A DNA stretch of 64,000 nucleotides from Trichoplax adhaerens. Its lineage: Eukaryota; Animalia; Placozoa. Location of the stretch: NCBI RefSeq assembly GCF_000150275.1, contig NW_002060949.1, positions 1,733,836-1,797,835 on the forward strand. The letters are read 5' to 3'. Positions 45,816 through 57,184 of this stretch are shown piece by piece. Within the stretch, counting starts at the first letter, position 1; every line of letters starts with the position of its first letter. Made by a program: the position numbers and the translations under genes. A model generated the notes under the pieces. It worked only from the letters and a program-made list of their open reading frames with translations, made no database searches and had not been told where the DNA came from.

Positions 45816-48800
45816 TTATTGGTCTATTTGTAAAGCGCGGCACATCCATCCACGCTCATTAGGTTTGAGATTGGGCAGGATGTTACTCTTTATAAACCAT
45901 TTTCTTTTCCTTCCTAAAATAACCGTGCATAGTGGTTAGTAAAAATTATACAAAATAATAACAATATTATAAATTTGCGTTTACTATGAATCAAATGGCT
46001 ACATTACTTATTTACAAGGTAAATATGTTAAACTCTAAGTTCTCTGACATGAAAAATATATCTTATTAAAGTAAGTAAAAGAATAACCGCCAATTTCGTA
46101 ATAGTTACATATACAAACTGCCTTACAGAAGGTTGTAGCAAAGATAGCTAATAGAGATACTGATGTTTTTATCATAGCTCCTAATAGTTTGAAGCATATA
46201 AGTCCATAATATGGTGATAGAAAACGTATCGATAACTTCAGGAAGAGATGTAATTATTAATAATGTTAGATCATTGTATAGGTTTGCAAATATCGACTGA
46301 TACAAATAAAAGAATTTGATACCTTCAATTATACGATCGATAACTACATCAGATAACAATTTCCTAACGTTCACTTAAAGGGATACAATGAATATCACAC
46401 ATTACAAAAATTAGTACTAATGACAACTTCAACCTCGATCCATATCTTTCCATTCGTCGAACATTTCAGTTACCAAAAGAGCGTAGAGAGTTGTCCGTCG
46501 TTTCTTCTCTGTATACTTTTTATCGAATAGATTAACCAAGAATTAATCAACGATATCATTACAGTACGAGTATATGAAACTAATATCTCGGGTATGATAA
46601 AGATTAGATAAACAGTATAATTATAGATGATTAAATGACATGAGGAAGACGCCTTTATATTTGTATTTAGTACCCATAAAAGATGATTAAATATTACGAG
46701 TAATCTAACTTACATCAAATACTCCAATACATCGTCCTAATACTCCTTTAACACCAGCCTAATTTAGAGATAATATACACAATACTTGTCGGTAATTTTA
46801 TTAACTGTAAATTGATTTGATTGCGTGTGTAGTTACCACTTAATAAAATACGAAAAGCTAACTAGCAGATTACGCTAAAGCAAAGATAAAATGTCACCGT
46901 TAGAAGTGCAATGCAATAGGAAATTTCGAAATCAAACAATATTACCGTACGAAAAGTGTGTAAAAATACGGATAGGCAATTTGTAAACTACTTCAGCTTT
47001 TATACAAATTCTATGAATACGTGATTGGTACTCATTTCTACTCCAAGCCAAAACAGCACCTCTATGCAGTCATTACTACGTATTATGCATCACCCTACGA
47101 AAACTACCGAATAACACTTCAAACAACATTTCAAAAACTATCATATATTGGGTGGAACTCTTATTATTAGTTAAATCATTGCCTTCGTTAGTAAATACTA
47201 CAATTTATGTACATCTGATAGCGTGTTCGAAAGAATATTACATAACTGTTTTAATATCTTTATTGCTATGGTATTAATACATAGGGCCATTAAGTCAGTA
47301 CTTGTTTCCAATATGAATGAAATCATGATTTATGTTCAGACTACAACAGCTAACATTCTATATGAGTACCTCCTCTACGACTTCCCGAACGGCAGCTTGA
47401 TGAAATTCTTCCTTAGGTTCCACACTTCCGGAAGGAATTGTCCAACTGTTAGGGGACTTTATACTGCTAACAAGTAATATCTAAAATTTTGTTAAGTTAC
47501 GAGAAATATATATAAGGTTTTGCTTTAACTTTTATAATAAAAGTATCCGGTATAGCTGATTATCTAAAGAGTGATTAAATAGTTGATAGTGAATAAAATG
47601 TATATGTATGCCATAATCTGTTGAACAGTAATTGCTGAATATTATCTAGCACAGGACCATAGTTGCTTCTGAATACTCCTCTCTATATACTGTAATTGTA
47701 ATAAACTGACAATTGGTACTCGTTACGCGAGAAATTCGCAATTCTCCCTTGTTTGATATAGCCATTCAAAATCAAGACTTGACGAATACCAAGACATGTC
47801 TATTTATAGTTCATTGATCATCCTATATACGAAATTTGCATACCGCATACGTATTTATCTAAATCGTCGATTAACAGGCTCATGTCTAAACCCACATCTT
47901 TCTACTAGCTTTGTAATTATATATATGATTCATTAATACGAAGAGTTGATATGCTGTACGTAGGTAAAAAGATATGTATCCATTAATTCTAACTAAAGCG
48001 AACAGTAAATACAGTTGCTAGTGCAATCGCAAATAGATTTCACGTTAATCTATTTTGCAAAGATCGGTGCCATTTTTAGTTGAGCGTAGCGTATTCAAAT
48101 GGTAAAGTCAAGCTTTGTACTTTTGAGGCTGCACACCTGCACTCCATAAGACGAAATTAATTCATTGTAGCTCATTCTTGAGACTATTGTGCTGTGAAAT
48201 GCAGTCAATTTAAATTTCTTTTACCTTGCTTATTGGACTATAATGAAATCAAGTGTTCCTGCCGTAGAGGACATTAAAGCATCATGATACAAGTACAACG
48301 TATACGTATAAGATATGTAGTAGGAACCATCATTGCAGTACAAGTAAGTACTTTTTTAAATCCATACACACTATGATCCAATGTTCTCGCGAAACTCTGG
48401 CCACAGGGATAATATACAGTACAACGTATTTGAAATAGAATATGCGAGAGCTCAAATTAAAATGAATAATACTGTAATAGTATGATATACTGTATAATTG
48501 TATTTGTAACGTATTAGTTACAATATACAATATTCTACCATCAAGATAACATTTAAATCATCTGTAATGACTATACTCTTACAGTAGGCTGATTTTTTGC
48601 TATCGTCATTAAAGGTATACATTTATGATTTCATAACGCATCTAATTATTACTAAAAAGAGAGTGTACGGCTGTACGTCTAAGAACTCCGAATAGTCAAC
48701 GGTTAAAAATTGATATCAGGCTTATACGATAGTATTTGGGTCAATAAATTTCCACTCTCTCTCTCTCTCTAGGGTCTATCGTGTACGCCACTTTGTATTT

Positions 48801-49489
48801 TTGAGAACGAATCTACACAAACGTTAATATCAAGCATAGACTACTGTACTAGAAGAAGAACTATGATATCAAGGAAGATTTATTTATTCGGATTGACAGA
48901 CTACAATACAAACTTCAGTTAATTTACTAAGGATACCAGACTGCACGATCCTCATCCATGATTGCTTATATCTGTGATTAACATGAAAGAATTTGTACTG
49001 GTATAGAAGAAAAACTCTAAACTATGATAATTGGACAGTGATCATCTTGAAAAATGTTCATCATACTGTACAACCATGTTACTAGGGTACAGTATTACAA
49101 GGAGCCAGATCAAGATTATAAGGACAAGTTATAATCAAAATAAGAGATTGCAATCGAGGCTGAAGAGGAAGACATTTTAATAAAATACTGCAAAAACATG
49201 ACCAATATTAGTAGCTGTGATTAACCTCGTACTAAGGTTAAATGTCTCGGCATTATGACAGTAAGTAGTTTGGCAAAGTGGAAATATCTTGAAGATAATT
49301 ACTGTACATCGATTGTTCTACTACTGCCATCAAATAGCTCTGAAAGTACAGTAGATAAAAGCCTTTTAAATGTTTAATTGATACTGTAGTTAGTTCGATG
49401 TTGTATTCTACCTCACGTTCGGTATCATCGCGAAAGCAAACACATCCAGCTCGTTTACGGAATCCGTCAGGATAGTATGTTTTCACCAT
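45816..49489 (-). CDS. NUDT3: Diphosphoinositol polyphosphate phosphohydrolase (DIPP; NUDT3/4/10/11 family Nudix hydrolase)
   Basis: Five exons: MVKTYYPDGFRKRAGCVCFRDDTERE / ILLVSS..WTIPSGSVEPKEEFHQAAVREVVEE / AGVKGVLGRCIGVFD / YTEKKRRTTLYALLVTEMFDEWKDMDRG / RKRKWF..IDQ*; Nudix box intact. The symbol is family-level. Confidence 0.93.
48755..48770. repeat. (CT)8 microsatellite, intronic
   Basis: Read directly. Confidence 0.9.
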
Positions 49490-49951
49490 GATCGTTGCGA
49501 TGAGGTAGAGGTTTGTAGAGATTATCCACAAGATGCTGCTAGGGCCGGCAATATTGTGTCATGTTAGTCAGTATTTACAATAAGATTTGGTTTTAAAGCA
49601 GTTTACTGACCTTCTATCGTGTGAATGGGTGCACCTACAGCTGAACGGTAACAACGTAACTACGCATGGAGTGTGCAAAATAGCTGTCATCCCTTTTGAT
49701 GGAGTCTGATTTGTATTTATTGACACTGAGCTATTACTATTGACGAAGAAAAATTGATTGGGGTGACAGTTCGTTTTGCATATTAAGGATTCAATGTCAT
49801 TGTTTGCTGGCCTGAAATGAAGTACTGAGTTATTGGTACGCAAGGTCAGTAATTAGATATACAGTATATAGATACTGTATCATGGACTACTGTAGTACTT
49901 AGTGTTCTACCTTACAAAAAGTCTTCTAAAATTAATGAATTAATAAAAGGA

Positions 49952-50674
49952 AAAATGCGACTTAAACTAACGTATAAATACACTACTTTATACTAATATA
50001 TAGCATATTAGCTGAATTTTTATACATGTAGATAGAATTGAAGAAATGTGACTCAAACTAACTATAAATACACTACTTTATACTAATATATAGTATATTA
50101 GCTGAATTTTTATACATGTAGATAGAATTGAAGAAATGTAACTCAAACTAACTATAAATACACTACTTTATACTAATATATAGTATATTAGCTGAATTTT
50201 TATACATGTAGATAGAATTGAAGAAATGTAACTCAAACTAACTATAAATACACTACTTTATACTAATATATAGTATATTAGCTGAATTTTTATACATGTA
50301 GATAGAATTGAAGAAATGTGACTCAAACTAACTATAAATACACTACTTTATACTAATATATAGTATATTAGCTGAATTTTTATACATGTAGATAGAATTG
50401 AAGAAATGTGACTCAAACTAACTATAAATACACTACTTTATACTAATATATAGTATATTAGCTGAATTTTTATACATGTAGATAGAATTGAAGAAATGTG
50501 ACTCAAACTAACTATAAATACACTACTTTATACTGATGTATAGTATATTAGCTGAATTTTTATACATGCAGATAGAGTTAAAGAAATGTGACTTAAACTA
50601 AACGTACTAATGTACTACTTTATACTAATGTATAGCATATTAGCTGAATTTTTATACATGTAGATAGAGTTAAA
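49952..50674. repeat. 90-bp tandem repeat (minisatellite), ~8 copies, non-coding
   Basis: Units starting CACTACTTTATACTAATATATAG at 49981, 50071, 50161, 50251, 50341, 50431, 50521 and ~50612; central copies near identical, edge copies degenerate; stops in all six frames. Confidence 0.97.
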
Positions 50675-53600
50675 GTTATTCGTAATATCCACTATATACG
50701 TTTACTAAACTTTATCGTAACTGTTCATGCAAAATTGTTTGAACGCATAGCAGTAATATACGTACATGTCCGCGTATATACAGTATATAATTGTCATCAA
50801 AACATAGTAATCTAATGTACTTGCGAGTCTTGGACTACTAGATACACCGATATACTGTAAAGTCAATTCTCTCTTTTAATTCATACAATTTACGAATTGT
50901 AAATGATTTTACTTTACATACATGGACTAACACAATACCCGCAGAAAGTGAACACTACGGTAGTTAGATGCGTACCTGTACACCAGTGAATTATGTGATA
51001 TTTTATTGCACCATTAATAATAATTCACGTACCGTACTACTGTAGTAGAACCTGCTGCTCTTGATACTTACACATACTTGTTTAACGAGTAGAATATAGT
51101 CAGTAGACTAATCAAAAAATTTCGATTTTTGGTAGTCTATACAGTACCGTACAGTATCCAGTACACTCAACAGTAACATCTAAAATCGATTACTACGAGT
51201 ATTAATTTTAGGAGATTTTTGAAAGAGTTTTTGACTCTTTCAAATGCATAGGATATAAGTATGCCACCAGAATTACTGATATCCAAAGCTATTTACAGTA
51301 TGTTTCATTTTGCGTCAAATATTCTTCAACAACATTCTAAAGCTACTGCAGTATTTTCACTAAATCAGTATATCCGAATCATACGTCAAATTCAAGTATC
51401 ATATAAAGCATGCTATCCGTGTCATATTGGCGATTTTCATCAGTACTCCACATGCACGTAAGCAAATGGCACCAATCTAAATGTGAATGAAAATGTTAAC
51501 CCTATGCGAAATGAATACATTGATGATACATACGTATATGTCTTGACTACAGTGATAGACAGGAAATGGTACTTAAAATTCATAGACAACAGATAGTACT
51601 TTTAATATCATAAGATATCGTGATATGATTTCTTTCCTGCGCTCGGTTTCAAATAAACGCTTTCAATTAGCATTTATACAAGACAGTACCTGGTGATCCT
51701 ACATGATACAAATTTTAGTTTCAATCGCTCTCTCAAATAGTAGAAATGGACTAACAACTAGTGAGCCATTTGTGCATTGCCTAGAATATGTAAACTGTGG
51801 TGTTTGGGGATGATCAGTAGCATTATTAAGCTCAGGTATGCGTACGAGGATTATCACAAAGTATAAATGTACGATAGTAGAACGATGGGATCAGAGTCCT
51901 TAATTTGGCATTTTCTGATCACTGACACCCGACGTGGTAGGGATAGATTATAATTTTGTCATAGTTTTATTAGTTAATTGCAATAACTATTAATTACCAA
52001 TCAATCTTATCACAAACACGACGAGTCATTGCACACGACTTCAAAGATTTTTTCCACATTTCTTTAATTGACTTCAGCCATAAAATCAATCGAATCTGCA
52101 CGAACGGCTCTTCGTAGCGGTCTCGACTAAAAATATTTTTTAGTATATAATATGATTAATAAAGGACAAAAATCAAAGCCAAGACCTTTAATGCAATTAG
52201 ACAGTAATAAAGTGAATGAAAAAATTATACATAAAGAAATAAAGCCATAATACTATACTATGGACTTCTAGGATTTCTAGGTATCTAGAAGTCCATTATG
52301 ATATGATTATTGGAAATTGCAGTGATAACACCAAATAGAACACCATATGCCTAGTATTTGGTGAATCTAACACGGGATTAGATACTGCTATGAAATCGGT
52401 ATTTTATCTATAATTAATTTTATCAAAGTCATATGAATTACACTTGCTATAACGCGTAGTGTTAATTGGGGCATGTACCGGTACATAACTCTTTTCTATG
52501 CTTAACTATTTATGGAATAATCTATACTTCGGGTACATCACATACAGTATTTCTAATTAATGGTATAATTTCGCAATATGCCATGTCAAACATCATGATT
52601 AATCAGTTTATGGGCGCTGCTTTATTTGCTAGCGAAGAATTTTACAGCGTAATAAAATAAATCAAACTTAACCGTGATCATTTAATAGAACGACGTATGT
52701 TATTAAAGGATACTTCTATGTTTACTTATGATTAATTTAGCGTCTCCGGTATATGCAAGAATTGATCTTAAAAGCTAATTGTAAGGCCATAATGGAGATT
52801 ATAGGTAAATTATCTAATTCATTAGTATATGACTCGCCCTGTCCATTAACTAAGCTAAATCATGAAGCGTTTATAGACCAGATGCCATTACAAAGTTAAA
52901 CTCAATTATCGTCCGTTCCATTGCTTACATTTATCTATTATAATTCAACGATTCAATTGTTGGGTAATAAATGAAATTTTTATTCCAAGTGCCGATGTTC
53001 GTATTTACTTACCTTAAATTTAATTAATAAATCAGGTAGGCCTACTACCAAGAATAATTGCACTCATACGTTAATAATACGCTACCGTAATAAGCTTGGC
53101 AAAAAAATCAAGAATTTTCCGGATATCAAGGGTTTTTTTCTCTAATTTGTGAAGAATTTAAATCCATTAAATTGTGAAAAGTAGAATCCTTACGATGCAT
53201 TGATAGTGCGGTGGCATTATCATGTCTCAATTATCCTACTTATTTATAACTATGCTTAAAAGCAACGTATGCAGTAGGAACAAGCTAAATTTGAAATTTA
53301 AACCATGACTTGTTTACAGGCTGATATTCCTGGTCATCAAGGTAGCGCATTAACTATTGCTCAATACTATTTGAGAAGCAGAAAAAATGGTACCAAGACA
53401 GCACAGGTGTCTTGTAAAAGTTATGCATATTAAGCAATGAATTCTATAGGATTTAATAGCGTGATAAATGACGTATTTAGGCGATTTTTAATCCATCTTG
53501 CGATACTGTGATACTGTGCCAATCTAAAGGCATCACTTCCATTAAGCGAAATACAATTGTTGAAATTTTAGGATTCCAAAATCTATAATCTTAGGAAATC

Positions 53601-55835
53601 AAGCAAGATAAAGCTGTTATCGCAGTTTAATATCATCGCGACACAAAATTACTAATTATTAAGTGAAGCACTAAGATATTTACTTTTAGTTGTTTATGAA
53701 CATAGATAGCCCTTATGATAATGTTAGACAGCTATATTCAACACATGTGTTTTGATCTGATCTTAAAAAAATTATATGAAAGAACGCTGTAATTTCAAGT
53801 AAGGCTACCCTATGAAGTATTGGCATAGAGATACAATCAAGTGAAATCTATCTTAGCTTCGTGCTGTCTTTATTCAAATATTTACTCCACGGTGACTACT
53901 ATATCCTTTAACCTGCTACAGTAAACAAATAAATAGATACATGTAAAGAGTACAGTACGTAGGTTACAGTCTGCAACTTACAGATCGCGCTAAGGTGCCG
54001 ACTAATCTCAATATTAATACTAGTAATATTCGATAAAATACGCCCAACATACTTATCCTGGTAAAAAAACGATGGATGTGCAATAGTGCATTGTTTCAGT
54101 TTAATAAATAATGATCTATCGGAGATAGATGTTATTACGTTACTATACTAAAAGTTTGGCGTATTTACGAAGTATCATCAATTCGTTCTTTATCATGGAT
54201 TATTGTAGTGTCATCCATGATAATACAACAAAAATCCATTAAATTCTGTTTGTTTACGACCAGAATCTACTTTTGTAATACTAATATAACTACTAAAGTC
54301 TATGCATTGATGACTATATTATGCGATGATCGTATAATTGGCTGAATACCGGGATCATCCGGTAAAATTGTTGATATATCTTGCGGATTTCCTGCTATTC
54401 AATTCCAGAGAATTATTAAATAATTGCCGTCATTTCATCAAGTATGATCTCATTCTCGTCATGAAATCAATTTTTCTGAAATGATCGAAGAATATCCTAT
54501 TATTCATATAATATAGGAATTGCAGTCATTAACTAAACCGCTATAGCATGACACTTTCAATCTTCTACTGTAAAGAAAGACAAAAGCGGAAAAATGGCAT
54601 TGACACCGATTAATTACATTTATTCACGTATACTATCATATTTGTATGTCTAATATTATTTGTGATGATAATAACGATATTGAATACTTTCAAATAGGAT
54701 GAGCATATCCTACTTTCACGCATTATACGATCTATTTTATAACACTTACACGAGTTTCAACCATGGTCTAATTCATGTTGGTGGCGTAGCGCATACATGC
54801 CAACCCGATAGGTGAGTATAATACATGTACTCTTGATTACTGTCGTAGAGTCTGGCTCTAAACCAACATTGACGTCATAAAGTTAATGCAAAAGTGGGAA
54901 CGCCAAACCTGTTGGATTCGAGACGAAATAATAATAAAAACTTGTGACATTAATGACGTCAGCGATACAAGACGTGCGTACGCTATACGTGAGCGTGTTA
55001 AAAGTTCATCGTGCTTTATATTCCATAGCCAAGGTTGTATGAATCAAGGCTAACTCATTATAATACAGATACATTTCATGAATGAATAAATGCGATCTTA
55101 ATCCAATATGAAAGTCAGTAAAAGTACTTCGATCTTTTTCACTAATATTATTAATTTGATCCATTGTCGTTCATTTTCCTCCAGTATTTACCTTATGTAT
55201 TTTAATAAAGTAATTAGTTGATCTTTAGACTTTGCAGCTATTTTTTTTATGACTTCACTTAATGACATCATCACTATACTGATGAAACTCACTTTAAAGA
55301 GCATTTAAACTGTATTGTAGCATAGCTCACTACCTGTAAGAAAAAAATTTAAAATGAATAGATCCGAACTGGGATTAAAAAAATTGCAATTAGTTACATT
55401 GACACTGATTGTATCATTTAATTAAAATACATAGATTAAAGGACAAATAATTAATACCATTAAGCATGCAAATCTCGACGGCACATCTACAATACTAAAC
55501 AATACTAAACAATACGTGAGCGAAGGACAAGTAGTTTATTATAATGAAACGCATCAAAATATTAGTGATGCATCAATAACATTAAGCGATATGCAAGAAT
55601 TGGATACTGCAAGTTATGTGAGATCTTTGTATCGTTAAATGCATCTAAAGACTTTTATATGCCTACGTCGTATTTTGTAACTGACGTAGTACAATTGCTT
55701 AATTGTTACGGAATGAACATAAGCAGATCATCTCCGTTATTAGTTAGTATATTTCATTGGTCAACTTTACCATATTTCTACAGATTTATATCCAATATGC
55801 AAGTGCTTACTAAAAAGGTTAAGAATACAGTATAA

Positions 55836-56151
55836 TATTACATCAACTAATGCGATACATAATTGTACGATAGATCCAATTTACAGTTGCATTAGCCTAG
55901 CAAGACGAAAGTTCTGATGACATCAGAAGCCAACAATATGTCTATAAATATATCTATATAACTGTTCATGTATCTTTTTATATAAATACACATATTATAT
56001 CAACTAATACGATACTTAATTCTATGACAGATCCAATTTACAGTTGCATCAGCCTGGCAAGAACGAAAATTCTGATGATACCGGATGCTAAAAATATGTC
56101 TATGAATATATCTATAAGGTTGTTTACGTATCTATTTATATAAATACACAT
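55836..56151. repeat. Two-copy tandem duplication, ~157-bp unit
   Basis: ATCAACTAAT..AGATCCAATTTACAGTTGCAT..TTCTGATGA..AATATGTCTAT..TATATAAATACACAT occurs at ~55836-55993 and ~55994-56151. Confidence 0.9.
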
Positions 56152-57004
56152 CAAAGTGATGACTGTACTATACTGTACCGTACATAATATACATACATTG
56201 ACGGTGCGATTAATTATAGTTTACTCTACTTGTGTGTGTGATGCCATATGCTTATTCGCGTCCTGTATCTTGAAAGATTAGATCACTCCTACTATTATGA
56301 TGCTGCATTTAGAGTTTTGAAAGTCCTGTGGAATTGTACTGCAATAACAGAAAGTTCTCGATACACCGTTAGGCACACAGATTTGTAAGCTATATATAGG
56401 AAAAATACGTAGGTATAAGCATAGGCGAACGTTGCAATACTACAATGATGGAGTGGGCGGATACTTGTGCATTATTCAATAAAAAAAGGAAGAAACTGTA
56501 ATACAACTATACTGGTACAATACTCCCATTAATACACTCGTTGATCAATCAAATACACGTACTTAAAACGTTCACTATACTGTTCAGAGATAATTTTTAC
56601 TTTGCTATAATGATGTAAATCATTTCTTTACAATGCCGTGAGGTAATTAAAGTCAATAATGCACCGAGCATTTAAAAAGCAGGCCAAAAATTACTGGATC
56701 ACTCTCTTACTGGATGAAGTAATGAACTATCGAGAATTTAATGTGAAGATATCATACCTTATACAATACAATAAATAGGGTATTACGGGCCGCATTACCA
56801 TATGCAATACGTTACGAAAGTCATTTCGTAATACATGAAAGGTATCCAGCAAAGCGATTAAATTAGACAAATAAATCTTGGTACAGTATTACTTCTATAC
56901 AACAGCCTTCAACTAAAGAGGACAGAAAACGTAACAAGTCATATTCAAATTATAAGACTTTATGCCGTGAGCTATACCTCTCAAGCAAAAAAAAACACAC
57001 TAAA

Positions 57005-57184
57005 ATGTCTGCTACTGGCGATCAACAAGATGAAATACTTCAATTAGCGACTCAGTTGAAAAATATAGGCGATGAGATGAATACCAATTTCAATCGTGAG
57101 AATGATTATGATATTACACTTATTATAATATTAGCTTACGAAGCCCTATACTTGATAGCGAGAATTTTTTGTTTCTACACGTAA
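57005..57184 (+). CDS. Putative BH3-only protein (59 aa, possibly N-terminally extended): BH3 motif plus C-terminal hydrophobic anchor
   Basis: MSATGDQQDEILQLATQLKNIGDEMNTNFNRENDYDITLIIILAYEALYLIARIFCFYT*. BH3 core LATQLKNIGDEMN at 57044-57082; AAAATG start context; splice acceptor TACAACAG| at 56905; frame open from 56867. Confidence 0.7.
   Translation: MSATGDQQDEILQLATQLKNIGDEMNTNFNRENDYDITLIIILAYEALYLIARIFCFYT

Noticed and set aside
49952-50674. 90-bp array as a CRISPR array or coding repeat
   Set aside because: No unique spacers, eukaryotic context, and stop codons in all six frames.
52260-52296. Perfect 12-bp inverted repeat ATGGACTTCTAG..CTAGAAGTCCAT
   Set aside because: Too short and isolated to assign a function; no TSD, miRNA-length stem or other support.
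55900-56080. CTGATGA and CGAAA motifs in the 157-bp duplication, suggesting a hammerhead ribozyme
   Set aside because: GAAA precedes CTGATGA by only 3 nt, leaving no room for stems I/III and the cleavage triplet; across copies the spacing is ~150 nt with no stem II.
56200-57004. p53 response element upstream of the BH3-only ORF
   Set aside because: Only isolated half-sites with two or more mismatches (e.g. TAACAAGTCA ~56932); no paired site.
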